Shown: positions 12,849-24,944 of the stretch, one piece after another
Numbering within the stretch: position 1 is the stretch's first letter
Layout of the letters: the number at the start of each line of letters is the position of its first letter
Assembly: GCA_951406725.2 (NCBI GenBank)
Contig: OX597815.1
Coordinates: 160,704,001-160,768,000 of the forward strand
DNA length: 64,000 bases
Source of the DNA: Octopus vulgaris
Taxonomy: Eukaryota
Reading direction: 5' to 3'
Position numbers and translations under genes: made by a program
Notes under the pieces: generated by a model
What the model was told of the DNA's origin: nothing
Seen by the model: only the letters and a program-made list of their open reading frames with translations
Databases searched by the model: none

Positions 12849-13469
12849 TAAAAGACATACGAAATATTGCTATGCATTTCGCCAAGCGCGATAACGTTTC
12901 AGCCAACTTACCGCGTTAATCTCTTTTACTATAAACCTCAGGTTGACACAAAGCTTGTCAGTTAAATTTAGACAGAAACAACTTCGAAAAAGCCCATCAG
13001 ATGAAACTATACCTGTAATTCGAAAAAAAAAGTCAGTCGTTTCCCCCACTGTGTCATGCTGTATGTGTCGTTGGAATACTAAACCACTTACATAATTGTT
13101 AACACACTGGACGAAATGCTAAATGGTATTTCGTCCGCCTTTATGTTCTGAGCTCAAATTCCGCCGAGGTCGACTTTGCCTTTCATCCTTTCGGGATCGA
13201 TAAGTACCAGTTGAGTACCGGGTTCCGTGTAATCGATATAGCCCCTCCTCCGAAATTGCTGATTTTGTGCTTAAAATTTGAAATCATCATCATCGTCGTC
13301 GTCATTATTATTGACTGAGAGAGCAATACACGCCATCATGACTACCTGTCCGATAAGGGTACACTAGGCACATGCATCACAACGATATGTGCGTGACATG
13401 ATATGTGCATGATCTTGAAGGTGCAATCAAGTTAGAAATTTTCCGGTTACTTTTGGGTATCCCCTTGTA

Positions 13470-13960
13470 TGCGCAGGTATGGCCGTGTGGATAAGAAGCT
13501 CGCTTGGTGACCACGTGGTTTCGGATTCAGTCCACTGCGCGAGCAGAAACGTTAGCACGCCGGGCGAAATGCGTAGCCGCATTTCGTCTGTCGTTACGTT
13601 GTGAGTTCAAATTCCACCGAGGTCGACTTTGCCTTTCAGCCTTTTGGGGTCGATGTAATCGACTTAATACCTATGTCTGTCCTTGTTTGTCCCCTCTATG
13701 TTTAGCCCGTTGTGGGTAATAAAGAAATAAGCATTTAGGACGAATGTCTTTCTGCTACAGCGCCGAGCCGACCAAATGCCTTGTGAGTGAATTTCGTAAA
13801 CGAAAACTTCGTACAGGCCCGTCGTTTAGTGTCTTTCTGTTCCCTCCACATCATTGCTTCACAATTGGTGCACGTTTGTTTACTCTTTTAACGTAGCGGT
13901 TCGGCAAAAGAAGTCAATAGAATGAGTGCCAGATTTCAGAAATAAGTACTGGGTTCGACT
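13470..13960 (+). mobile_element. Old SINE A copy interrupted by a SINE B (~13540-13730)
   Basis: Family A head, then a family B body and tail, then family A resumes at GAATGTCTTTCTGCTACAG. Confidence 0.7.
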
Positions 13961-14484
13961 AAATCAATTAACACGCACTCACACACAGTTTGCAAGTATA
14001 TATTCGAGTGTAGACAAAAGTGAGCATAAGATAATCAATATGTATCGATAACTGATTAGAATTCGTGATTGACAAATTACTTATATCGACATCGTAACAT
14101 ATTCCTCCCAAAAGTTGTTAAATTACATACCAGTAATATACCGTGGTTGAAGTGGGTCTTTATGGGCAAATATACTGAATCTATGACTACATAAGAGATA
14201 AGCATGAATAGTACGGCTTCATATTTTAATATAAAAATCGAATTTGTTGCGGTTTGGCCCTAGGTCACCTGCCCGTCCTACTTCCTGCAATTATTTAATC
14301 AAAGGTGTCCCAGATGTGACCACCTGAGCTTTTAACAATGTTTTTAGGACTATGTTACACAGTGGGTCCCTTACATATTTGAAACAATAGGGTCTGATGT
14401 TTGGGAAATTTAGCAGTTATTTCTAGCACTTATTTCGACTACATAGAGGTCTGGTTCGTTTGTTGAGTATGCGGCTGTGTGTAT

Positions 14485-14517
<33 letters not shown>

Positions 14518-15931
14518 TACATATACACCAAATGTTATACAGACAGATAGAGACAGATATTTGCAAGTGTGTTTCATTTATGTATATTTGTAGAAATGTT
14601 ATTGCTGTTGAAGCCATGTATCAGCTTCGATAGAGCAGACGTATGATTAAAAGCAATTCAAGCGTGACTATCCTGTATTTTAGGGATATCAGGGGCAACA
14701 TAATCTAATGTCCTTTTCTTATTTAAATCGGCAGAGTGTGATGACAGGGAAATATAGGCTGCTCTGTCTAACAAATCGAGTGACCATATACAGGCTTCTT
14801 CATTACCAAAAATGTATTTGTATGTGTGCTCGTATGTGCGCTTGTGTGTTTATGAATGGGTATTCATCTATTTGTCTACACCCGTCAGTCACACAAACAG
14901 GTTTATGCTAAGTTATGACTATATATTTATAATTTCGATCAATATGTCTGCATAATCGATGTATGCTTAATAAATGAATACTCACTTTGGCACAGGGCTA
15001 CAGATTTAGATAGGAGAAAGAGGAACATTCGATTGTATTGGCTTTAGTACTTAACTGGTACTTTAATTCTATCGATTGCGGAAGAACGGAAAGCAAAATC
15101 AACATCTGCTAGAATTGAACTCAAAACGCATTGGGAGAGGATAGACTGTCGCAATGTAATTTGTCAGGAGCTCCACTGATTCTGTAAATCGAAGGCCTTG
15201 CCAATGAAGTGAAACTGCAAAGTGCTAAGCTAATAATCATTAATGAGCTGAGTGTGTGAGTACGTACGTGCATGTGTGTGCGTATGTATGGTGTACTAAC
15301 TAATTGCAGATGATTAAGGTTTAAGGACTTAGCCGTGATTTTACACATCAAAACACATGAAGTAGTCAGGAGCAGCATTTGAAAAAAATTAATAAATCAT
15401 GGTTATTGAATGTAATTGATAAAACGACCAGCCAAACATTACGAATCTCAGCAATTTCACACCTATTACTCCGTCTCCTTCAGCATATATGTGTGTGTGT
15501 GTGTGTATTATTGTGCGTGTAATAAATAAATATATACATACATACATGTATATACATATAAATACATAGACATATATATATAAATACATGCATGTATATA
15601 CATATAAATACTTATACATATAAATATAGAAATACATACATATATATATATAAATACATACATATATATGTATATATGTATATATGTATATGTATATATG
15701 TATATGTATATATGTATACATATATATGTATACATATATATGTATATATATATATATGTATGTATGTATATATGTATATATGTATATGTATATATGTATA
15801 CATATATATGTATACATATATATATGTATACATATATATGTATATAATATTAATTAAGGGTAGAAATTGATGTTTATCAATTAAGACCAGTGGTCTAGCA
15901 TATTAAAAAAGAATCCGAAGATTAAAATATT

Positions 15932-16145
15932 TATATATACCAATTAAGGACTGAACACGAAAAGTGGACAGTCAACATGCTAGATATAGACGTCAAATCG
16001 TCATTCACCACAAAAGATTATGTTCTCAGATCAAACTCAAGTTTGATCTGAGAACATAATCTTTTGTGGTGAATGACGATTTGACGTCTATATCTAGCAT
16101 GTTGACTGTCCACTTTTCGTGTTCAGTCCTTAATTGGTATATATA
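15932..16145. repeat. Perfect palindrome with 106-bp arms and a 2-nt centre
   Basis: ...CAGATCAAACT-CA-AGTTTGATCTG...; the arms are complementary out to the TA tracts. Confidence 0.95.
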
Positions 16146-16213
16146 TGTATATATATATTTAGTGAAGGGAAGAAATGGAGCCGAACGAAGATTCTACAAA
16201 ATTCCTTTTTATT

Positions 16214-16299
16214 ATTTTCTACACATGTTTCAAAGGCTGCAAATTCCCAAATTCGGATTGAATAAGGAGACCATTCTGCAGCTTTCTCTTCAGGAAAAT
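16214..16299 (-). ncRNA. Minimal type-I hammerhead ribozyme (Penelope-type)
   Basis: AUUUUC-CUGAAGA-GAAAGCUGCA..UGCAGCCUUU-GAAA-C-AUGU-G-UA-GAAAAU, then AAUAAA; the element sits inside (TA)n. Confidence 0.75.
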
Positions 16300-16662
16300 C
16301 CAGGAATTTAAAATCTCAAAACAAATGTATACATATATATATATGTATACATATATATGTATATGTATATGTGTATACATATATATATGTATATATGTAT
16401 ACATATATATATGTATATATATATATATATATATATACATATATATGTATATATATGTATATATATATATATGCTTTGCAGAAGATGCGTGGTGCATATG
16501 TATATTATTTATTATATATATATATACACTTATATATGTGTATATATGTATATATGCAGATATATATATATATGTATACATATATATGTATATATATGTA
16601 TATATATATATATATATATACTTTGCAGAATATGCGTGGTGCATATGTATATTATTTATTTA

Positions 16663-17049
16663 TCTCTCTCTATATAAACGGCAGTTTGTCTGTGCGTGTT
16701 TCTGTGTGTCTGTTTGGTTGTACCCTCACCCTGACCACGGCTTTCAACCGATTCTGATGAAACTTGACACACACATAGCCCAATGTCATAATTCAAAACT
16801 AACGCAGCGAAAATTTTGAAAAGTTCCCCCAGTTCTGAAAAAAATCGATAAATTCGACATGGGGTCGAGAATCAGAAACACAAACCGCAAACTGTCTAGG
16901 GGACGCAACTCCACCTTTTTTTACTCTCAAAAAAAATTTACCATAATTTTTTTTCCATTTTTTGCTATAATTTTTTGGCTATAACTCTCTAAAAATGCTT
17001 TATAGTTATTTCCCTTACAAACCTGAGCAACGCCGGGCGATATTGCTAG
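16663..17049 (+). mobile_element. Non-autonomous Helitron
   Basis: A|TC 5' end, 3' hairpin CCTGAGCAACGCCGGG and CTAG|T end. Confidence 0.85.
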
Positions 17050-17103
17050 TATATATATATACTTATATATATATATATATACTTATATATGTGTATATAT
17101 AAA

Positions 17104-17134
<31 letters not shown>

Positions 17135-17144
17135 ATGTATATAT

Positions 17145-17480
17145 GTGCCATCCGCCCAAAACAAAAATCGCACTCTCATCTCATAACAACAATACGGCAC
17201 AATTATTTCACCTCAATTGGCCCCGCTCTCTTTAACATTACACCAAAACACATTAAAACAGAAACTGACCCTATAGGGTTCAAGAAGTCTTTGGACAGAT
17301 TCCTTCAAGAAATCCCGGATAAACCCCCTACACCTGGATATGTCTCTGTAAACAATAACTCTCTACTTGAGTGGGCCATAGTGCCCAAATTCTGACTTGA
17401 AAGACTTCACCAGGTGGTGCTATTAAGTTAGACATGGCCTGGGCCAATAATGGCCGAAACCTATCAAAGTATCAAAGTAT
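17145..17480 (+). mobile_element. LINE ORF2 C-terminal fragment (CR1/Jockey-group-like) with 3' UTR
   Basis: NYFTSIGPALFNITPKHIK..FKKSLDRFLQEIPDKPPTPGY..NNSLLEW; short (TATCAAAG)2 tail. Confidence 0.7.
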
Positions 17481-17501
17481 GTATATATGTGTATATATAA
17501 A

Positions 17502-17602
<101 letters not shown>

Positions 17603-17614
17603 CTGTATACATTG

Positions 17615-17953
17615 TGGTAAGTAGCTTGCTAATCAACCACATGGTTCCGGGTTCAGTCCCACTGCGTGGCATCTTGGGGAAGTGTCTTCTGCTATAGCCT
17701 CGGGCCGACCAATGCCTTGTGAGTGGATTTGGTAGACGGAAACTGAAAGAAGCCCGTCGTATATATGTATATATATATGTGTGTATGTGTTTGTGTCTGT
17801 GTTTGTCCCCCTAGCATTGCTTGACAACCGATGCTGGTGTGTTTACGTCCTCGTCACTTAGCGGTTCGGCAAAAGAGACCGATAGAATAAGTACTGGCGG
17901 TGCTCCAGCATGGCCGCAGTCAAATGACTGAAACAAGTAAAAGAGTAAAAGAG
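17615..17953 (+). mobile_element. SINE family A copy (CpG-intact)
   Basis: Matches the family, with an internal deletion near the tail. Confidence 0.85.
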
Positions 17954-18024
17954 AATGAGTATATAAGTATATATACGTGTGTATATATGTATGTGTTTAC
18001 TTATATATATGTATTTCTTTGTGA

Positions 18025-18862
18025 GATCTTTTCCTTTTGATGGACGGAATTTTCTAGTTAACTAAATAATTTGAAACTTCGTATACTGGCAGAATGTGTC
18101 AAAAGAAAACATTATTGTAAACAAAATTGAAAACAAAATTGTAATTTGTAAGTTTAACGTAGTTTAATTCTTCGAATTTTAACCAATGAAATCCCAGCAT
18201 TTGAGCTGAAATCATTTGCTGCGTCTAAAAACTAACACACACGTCTTATTCACCCTTCTCTCTTCTGTCTTCTGCATGTGCTAGAAATAACAGCTATATC
18301 TCTTAAATCGATGAATTTCGTCGCCCAATAAAAATATTAACGATATTTTTTAAATATTTTCTTTATTTCTTATACCGAAAAGGCTTCTCCCATGGTTTTG
18401 AAGGGCCAGAAACAACAAAAACAAAACAATAATATGCCTAAATCGGTCTATATATGAGGGTGCGCGTGGAGTGTGGGTCGTATTGTAAAAATTTGCGAAA
18501 TATTTTTTCATAAAAGGATGGATGCCCCAGCTTGTCGGAAGCTGTGATATAAATTGGGAAAAAATCCTCGACACCAGTGCGTAATTGGTACTTAATTTAT
18601 CGACCCCGAAACGATGAAACATTGACCCCTCCCCGTTCTGGTTTATTTACCTTTTGTGTAAATTTGTTGCGGCAAGGGGCAAAACACAGAGGGGACAAAG
18701 CATGAGATACAAAAGTATTAAGTAGATTCTATCGACACCAGTGCAACTCTCGAACGTGTATGTATGCTTGTGTGCGTATGTGTGTGTATGTATATCTCCG
18801 TTTGTATGTGTGTGTACGCATGCATGTGTTTGAGAGAGAGAGAGATAGTGACAGAGAGAGAG

Positions 18863-18901
<39 letters not shown>

Positions 18902-19173
18902 AAGTGTACGTGTGTATGTATCTGAATATATGTGTGTGTGTGCGCGTCTGCTGTTTCTTTATCAATATCGATAACGCAGCAAATGATTTGAGCTCAAATG
19001 CTGAGATTTCATTGGTTAAAATTCGAAGAATTAAACTACGTTAAACTTACAAATTACAATTTTGTTTTCAATTTTGTTTACAATAATGTTTTCTTTTGAC
19101 ACATTCTACCAGTATACGAAGTTTCAAATTGTTTAGTTAACTAGAAAATTCCGTCCATCAAAAGGAAAAGATC
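18025..19173. mobile_element. Foldback-like element with ~200-bp TIRs
   Basis: 18025-18224 is the near-perfect reverse complement of 18973-19172; termini GATCTTTTCC and GGAAAAGATCC. Confidence 0.85.
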
Positions 19174-19720
19174 CGTAAAGGAAAAGATCCGTATTTGCTT
19201 ATATATATGTATGTGTGTGTGTATATATATATATATAGATTATTTTATTTTAATTATTGGGGAATAACAATTCCGGCATCACAAGGATTCAAATAAAATG
19301 AATTATTCTCAATGAGGAATATATACGTTGTTTAGAGATAGCAGTCCCCATCATCACACCATACAAAAGAATTTTGATTTAATGCGTTCGAGTAATTTAG
19401 ACATCACCGTGGCGAAGAAGTCTGTTTCTAAAGCAAAGAAGCAACACGTGGTCCATAGCTGATTGCGAAGAAGTCTATTTCCATAGTAACCGAAGATGCT
19501 GCGCGTGAGTACAAGCATTGTAACCACCACTTGTTCTGTAACAGATCCAATTATTCTATAACGGATGGAACTCAACAATTTTAGTTTTCACATGCCGATC
19601 CTCCACCCCGCCCCCTGATGACAGGAGAAGCAACGAACGCACTGATTGACTAAAAATTCTGAAAATTATCAAACTTTGAATGCTTGTAACATTTTTGGAA
19701 ATTTTTCTGGAATAAATTAA

Positions 19721-20135
19721 GGATCTTTTCGGTTTGACCAGCAGTTTTTACTAGCGGTGTCATATGAAATTGTCACCCATAATTATGACCCTAGTATCGA
19801 TCAATTGCTTTTCAATCTGTTTTCGGGTTAGAGTTAGGGTTAGTTACGGTATCTTTTTTTTCTTCAGAAATGTAAATAAACCCAATCTGTTTCTTAAACG
19901 AGGGACATATTCATACGGCACAGAATGTTTTCACCTCTATGACGTCATTGATTGGTTGAAATTGCAGAAATTGAAGAAAAAAAACCCAACAAATATCTTA
20001 CAAACTGTAGAATTTTTCAATAAAGCCAAGAGAAAAAGATGTTTTATAAACACATTCTACCTGTATACGAAGTTTAAAAGGGTTTAGTTACGTGGAAATT
20101 ATTTTAAAAAACTGCCGGTCAAACCGCAAAGATCC
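19721..20135. mobile_element. MITE with GG termini and 8-bp TSD (Merlin-like)
   Basis: TIRs GGATCTTTTCGGTTTGACCAGCAGTTTTT and AAAAACTGCCGGTCAAACCGCAAAGATCC; TSD TAAATTAA on both sides. Confidence 0.8.
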
Positions 20136-20638
20136 TAAATTAATAACAAATTCGGATTCAGCCTCAAAAATTACATCTGTATGATACATTAATAAATTTT
20201 CTAAAGACAGTAAACAGTAATGAAAACCACAATGATCCCAATAGGATCCCCGTGAAGCGATAATAATTGAGAGTGCGCGTCTGATACGAAGTCATTCCCG
20301 TACTGAAGACTTCGTATTTCAGTCAAGGGCAAACCGTGGCCAGTGGGACTTCCTGGATGATACGCCTATCGAAAAATCACATTGAATAATAGTTTTTGTA
20401 GTGTGGCCCGCCTGATGATGTATCATATCTCATGCGATCCGCCGCTCGAAGAAAGGCTCCCCGTGCCTGTTCTATATATTCAGTTAGCGCACACGAACAC
20501 GCGTTTCTTGTGGGAAACTGTTTGGCTGATGTTTCTTGTAGGGCGAGGTACTGCATGTAGACGCTCCCCCGAGGGTCCTGAAAAGGGTCTCTATTTTAGC
20601 TGGAAAATGTGTGTGTGGTGGGGGGAGGGAATTCTTTT

Positions 20639-21141
20639 TTAAGTACTCCATATAACCTCTCGTAACTTGATTTTTATTGTTTGGAATTTTCAGAAAATAT
20701 TAGCAAATCTATATTCTACAGACGGGAATTCATGATTATGCAAATAGATAAATAAACAAAATAAAATAATAATTATCTGTGATTTAAGGGCCGATTTAGA
20801 TGGTGTTTTAACACATCCCACGACCGTCTGATACCTTCCTTGTTTCTTTGTCACTCTGACATGTATTGATGTTTTTCAATATTTTTCGCCCCATAAACAC
20901 ATTTAATTGGAATGATGATGCACCCAAGAGTGGTCCATCGCTGGAATCTCAGCAAAAAAGTTCGGACTGCCCATATTTTAAACCCTGATTTAAAAAAAAT
21001 AAATTCGAAAAATAGTGGAACTTTTAGGATTTATGGGGGAAGGCGTATAAAATTTTTCTTTTAAATCATTATTTTCGCAAAAGTAATTCTGACATTTCCA
21101 AGAAAAGGAAAAAGCTAAGACGGATTACATGAAGTGCTTAA
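20639..21141. mobile_element. TTAA-bounded MITE (Kolobok/Harbinger-like)
   Basis: TTAAGTACTCCATATAACC versus GGATTACATGAAGTGCTTAA, an imperfect TIR pair. Confidence 0.55.
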
Positions 21142-21399
21142 TTACGTAAAAAAATATTTGAATACTAAAACCGTTTAATGTAATAAACAAAAAAAAAAAT
21201 CCCTTTTAATCTGTTATTAATTGACAGTAAAAGACCGGTACACAGTTTATATATGATGACATTACATATAAGTAGGGAGAACCTTTTATTGAATTCCTTT
21301 AGCAAAGGCAATGAAACAAAAGTTCAGTCCAGTCTTCTATTGGCGGAATATATTTACAGATTGAAAACACCTTAACATAGTATCGTACTTTTACATATA

Positions 21400-21781
21400 C
21401 TAGCAGTATAGCCCAGCGTTGCTCGGGCTTGTTTCGACCCTTTAGAATTGGAATTTTTAAAATTTTGCATTATGTAGCTTGTTATTCTCTTTAAGTGAAC
21501 ATTTTTCTGGCTGAAATACACCGAAAAATGGCGATACAACAGTAAAAAAATCGTAAAAACATAGGGATTTTCATAGAAAAAAAAGCACCTTTTGATGTAA
21601 GTAATTTTTGGTCTTAACATGGTCCGATTTAAATTTTATCTTCTACGGAATGAAGAGCAAGCCTTATTCTATCATACTCTCAATTTTGTCAACTTGCACC
21701 GCAGGGAGTCGGAGGAGATAGTGTTAGTTGAAGGCTACCAAACCTGTCACACACAGACAACTTCAGCTTTATATATATAGA
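21400..21781 (-). mobile_element. Helitron 1 of the cluster
   Basis: CTAG plus hairpin GCCCAGCGTTGCTCGGGC at the left; ...ATATAGA (TC start on the minus strand) at the right. Confidence 0.8.
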
Positions 21782-22131
21782 CTAGCTGTATCGCCCGGCG
21801 TTGCTCGGGTTTGTAAGGGAAATAACTATATAAGCATTTTTAGAGATGTAAAGTATAATAGCCATCTCAATATGATTTAATAAAAAAATATTAGAGAGTT
21901 ACTTCCCTTATATATGCCAAAAATGCATTAAAAATAGGAAAAACTGATGGTAAATTCTTTTTAAAATCGTAGACTCATCGTAGACGCGCGCTAATACCCA
22001 GAAGGGCTCGATATAAATCACGACTATAAGATACCTGGTTTTGGTTAAACTGCACCGCAAAATGTGGGAGTAGTTAGGAATCTAAATCGTAGGAGACAGA
22101 CAGCACACAACCTCTCTTTTATATAGAAAGA
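21782..22131 (-). mobile_element. Helitron 2, head-to-tail with Helitron 1
   Basis: CTAGCTGTATCGCCCGGCGTTGCTCGGG ... TTTTATATAGAAAGA|T. Confidence 0.85.
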
Positions 22132-22336
22132 TATTCAGTATTTTTAATGTTGATGACTAAGACGAATATTCCAACCGACGCCATGAACAAACTCTGGTAA
22201 TTTCCTGTTTGACGTTCGTAAAATCATAGTGATCCAAGAAGTTAGCTTCATTCAGTAAAACCGTGAACAGCGAGTAAAAAAAAAGTGAGGGAAAATGTTA
22301 CTCTCATTTTGAATAGAGTTTCAGTCTGGGCACATA

Positions 22337-22747
22337 CTCTTTACTCTTTTACTTGTTTCAGTCATTTGACTGAGGCCATGCTGGAGCACCGCCTTTAATC
22401 GAGCAACTCGACTTCGGGACTTATTCTTTTGTAAGTCCAGTACTTATTCTATCGGTCTGTTTTGCCGAACCGCTAAGTAACGGGGACATAAACACACCAG
22501 CATCGGTTGTCACGCAATGCTACGGGGACAAACACAAACGCACAAACACACACACGCATATATATATATATATACATATATACAACGGGCTTCTTTCAGT
22601 TTCCGTCTACCAAATCCACTCACAAGGCTTTGGTCGGCCCGAGACTATAGTAGAAGACACTTGCAACAAGGTGCCACGCAGTGGGACTGAACCCGGAACC
22701 ATGTGGTTGGTAAACAGGCTACTTACCACACAGCCACTCCTGCGTCT
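22337..22747 (-). mobile_element. SINE family A copy
   Basis: Full-length match to the family. Confidence 0.85.
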
Positions 22748-22948
22748 ATGTGAGAATTCTTCAACAATCCACGGTGGACACACCACACACACTAAGCAAT
22801 ACAAATCGCTGAATCTGACAAACATCGAGCCAGTGTCGTAGCTGCCTGCATTTCATTGATGATCAACTGATCTGTTAGTATTTCGTTGGGATTCACAATA
22901 AAATAAAGAGCAGCAGGGCGTCCACCAGACATATTAATTTAGTTGAAA

Positions 22949-23867
22949 CTAGCAGTATCGCCCGGCGTTGCTCGGGTTTGTAAGGGAAATAACTATAAAG
23001 CATTTTTAGAGAGTTATAGCCAAAAAATAGCAAAAAATGCATTAAAAATGGAAAAAAAAATTATGGTAATTTTTTTTTTAAATCGTTGACTCATCGTAGA
23101 CATTTTTAGAGAGTTACTTCCCTTTATTTAAAAAATATACATTAAAATGGAAAAAAATGATGGTAAATTATTTTTAAAATCGTAGACTCATCGTAGACGC
23201 GCGCTAATACCCAGAAGGGCTCGATATGAATCACGACTATAAGATACCCGGTTTTGGTTAAACTGCATCGCAAAATGTGGGAGTAGTTAGGAATCTAAAT
23301 CGTAGGAGACAGACACTCACACAACTTCACTTTTATATATAACTAGCGGTATCGCCCGGCGTTACTCGGGTTTGTAAGGGAAATAACTATATAAGCATTT
23401 TTAGAGAGTTACTTCCCTTATAGATGCCAATTCGGGCTTTCTGAGCCATTTCTGTTTTGGCGTCTTCAAGCCATGAAGTCGTTGTTCTAAAAGAACGCTG
23501 GTCTCCTTGACAACGCATTACGACGTTGATTTCATTACACTCCCTTCCCCACAGCTTCACGAGGGAGGGAAGAAGGGGGAGAAGCAAACACAGGTGCAGG
23601 TGTTTGAGCGTGGACGCCAACTCTGCAGCCATCGACACACGAAAAATTATGCATTAAAATGGAATAAAAAATGATGTTAAATTATTTTTAAAATCGTAGA
23701 CTCATCGTAGACGCGCGCTAATAGCCAGACGGGCTCGATATTAATCACGACTCTAAGATACCCGAATTTGGTTAAACTGCACCACAAAATGTGGGAGTAG
23801 TTAGGAATCTAAATCGAAGGGGACAGACACTCACACAACTACAGTTTTATATATATAGATATAAAGA
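22949..23867 (-). mobile_element. Helitron 3 with Helitron 4 (23343-23859) nested in its 5' terminus
   Basis: Two CTAG/hairpin ends (22949 and 23343); a residual TATAAAGA terminus follows Helitron 4. Confidence 0.8.
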
Positions 23868-24196
23868 TGAAACTGAAACTAAAACAAATTCGATTTTACG
23901 AACGTCAACTAGGAAATTACCGAAACTCTTCTACAGTCTGTTAGTTCTCCATTGATCAACAGTTTTTTTTTTCCTGTGACTTTTTTATGCGATTTGTTTC
24001 CTCGATTCATTCTTCGCCTTTGGCTATCTCCTGCAGGGCAAGGTATATATTTAAAGAACGAGTAATTTGTAACATTTTTTTTTATGACCAGATGGTTCCG
24101 GGTTCAGTCCCACTGCGTGGCACTTCTACTGTAGCCTCAGGCTGACCAAAGCCTTGTGAGTGGATTTGGTAGACGGAAACTGAATGAAGCCCGTCG

Positions 24197-24266
<70 letters not shown>

Positions 24267-24739
24267 TGTGTCTGTGTTTGTCTCTCCAACATCGCTTGAC
24301 AACCAATGCTGGCGTGTTTACGTCCCTGTAACTTAGTGGTTCGGTAAAAGAGACCAATAGAATGAGTACTAGGCTTACAAAAAATAAGTCCTTTAGATGA
24401 GCTGCACTACTTCGTCATTGTTTACGTAAACCTCTTCATACAATTTTTATAAAACTGCTCGACTAAAGGCGGTGCTCCAGCATGGCCACAGTCAAATGAC
24501 TGAAACAAGTAAAAGAGAGATTCTTTCAAAGGACACCAAAAACCATAGGGGAAACATTAGTTTCACTTTCAAAGTGAGACTGAGGTAAATAGTAAAAATT
24601 CAACAAAACAATATCAGATTTTAGACAGGTGTAACATACAGAGCAGGTTTCTGTACAGTTTCCGTCTATAAAATTCCACTCACAAGATATGGTTTACTCG
24701 AGGCTTTAGTATAAGGTATTTGCTTATGAGCGCTGGCAG

Positions 24740-24944
24740 AAGGCGGCGAGCTGGCAGAAACGTTAGCGCGCCGGGCGAAATGCTTAGAGGCATTTCGCCT
24801 GTCGCAACGTTGTGAGTTCAAATTCCGCCGAGGTCGATAAATTAAGTACCAGTTATGCACTGGGGTCGGTGTAATCGACTTAATACCTATGTCTGTCCTT
24901 GTTTGTCCCCTCTATGTTTAGCCCCTTGTGGGTAATAAAGAAAT
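24740..24944 (+). mobile_element. SINE B with a 22-bp TSD, inserted in an old SINE A
   Basis: AGGTATTTGCTTATGAGCGCTG at 24714-24735 and 24945-24966. Confidence 0.9.

Noticed and set aside
15389-16819. Long YI/HT/CV-rich ORFs here and at 8.8-9.3 kb and 30-33 kb
   Set aside because: They are translations of TA, CA and TATG microsatellites.
19826-19844. Telomere-like GGGTTAG repeats
   Set aside because: Only about three units, internal to a MITE.
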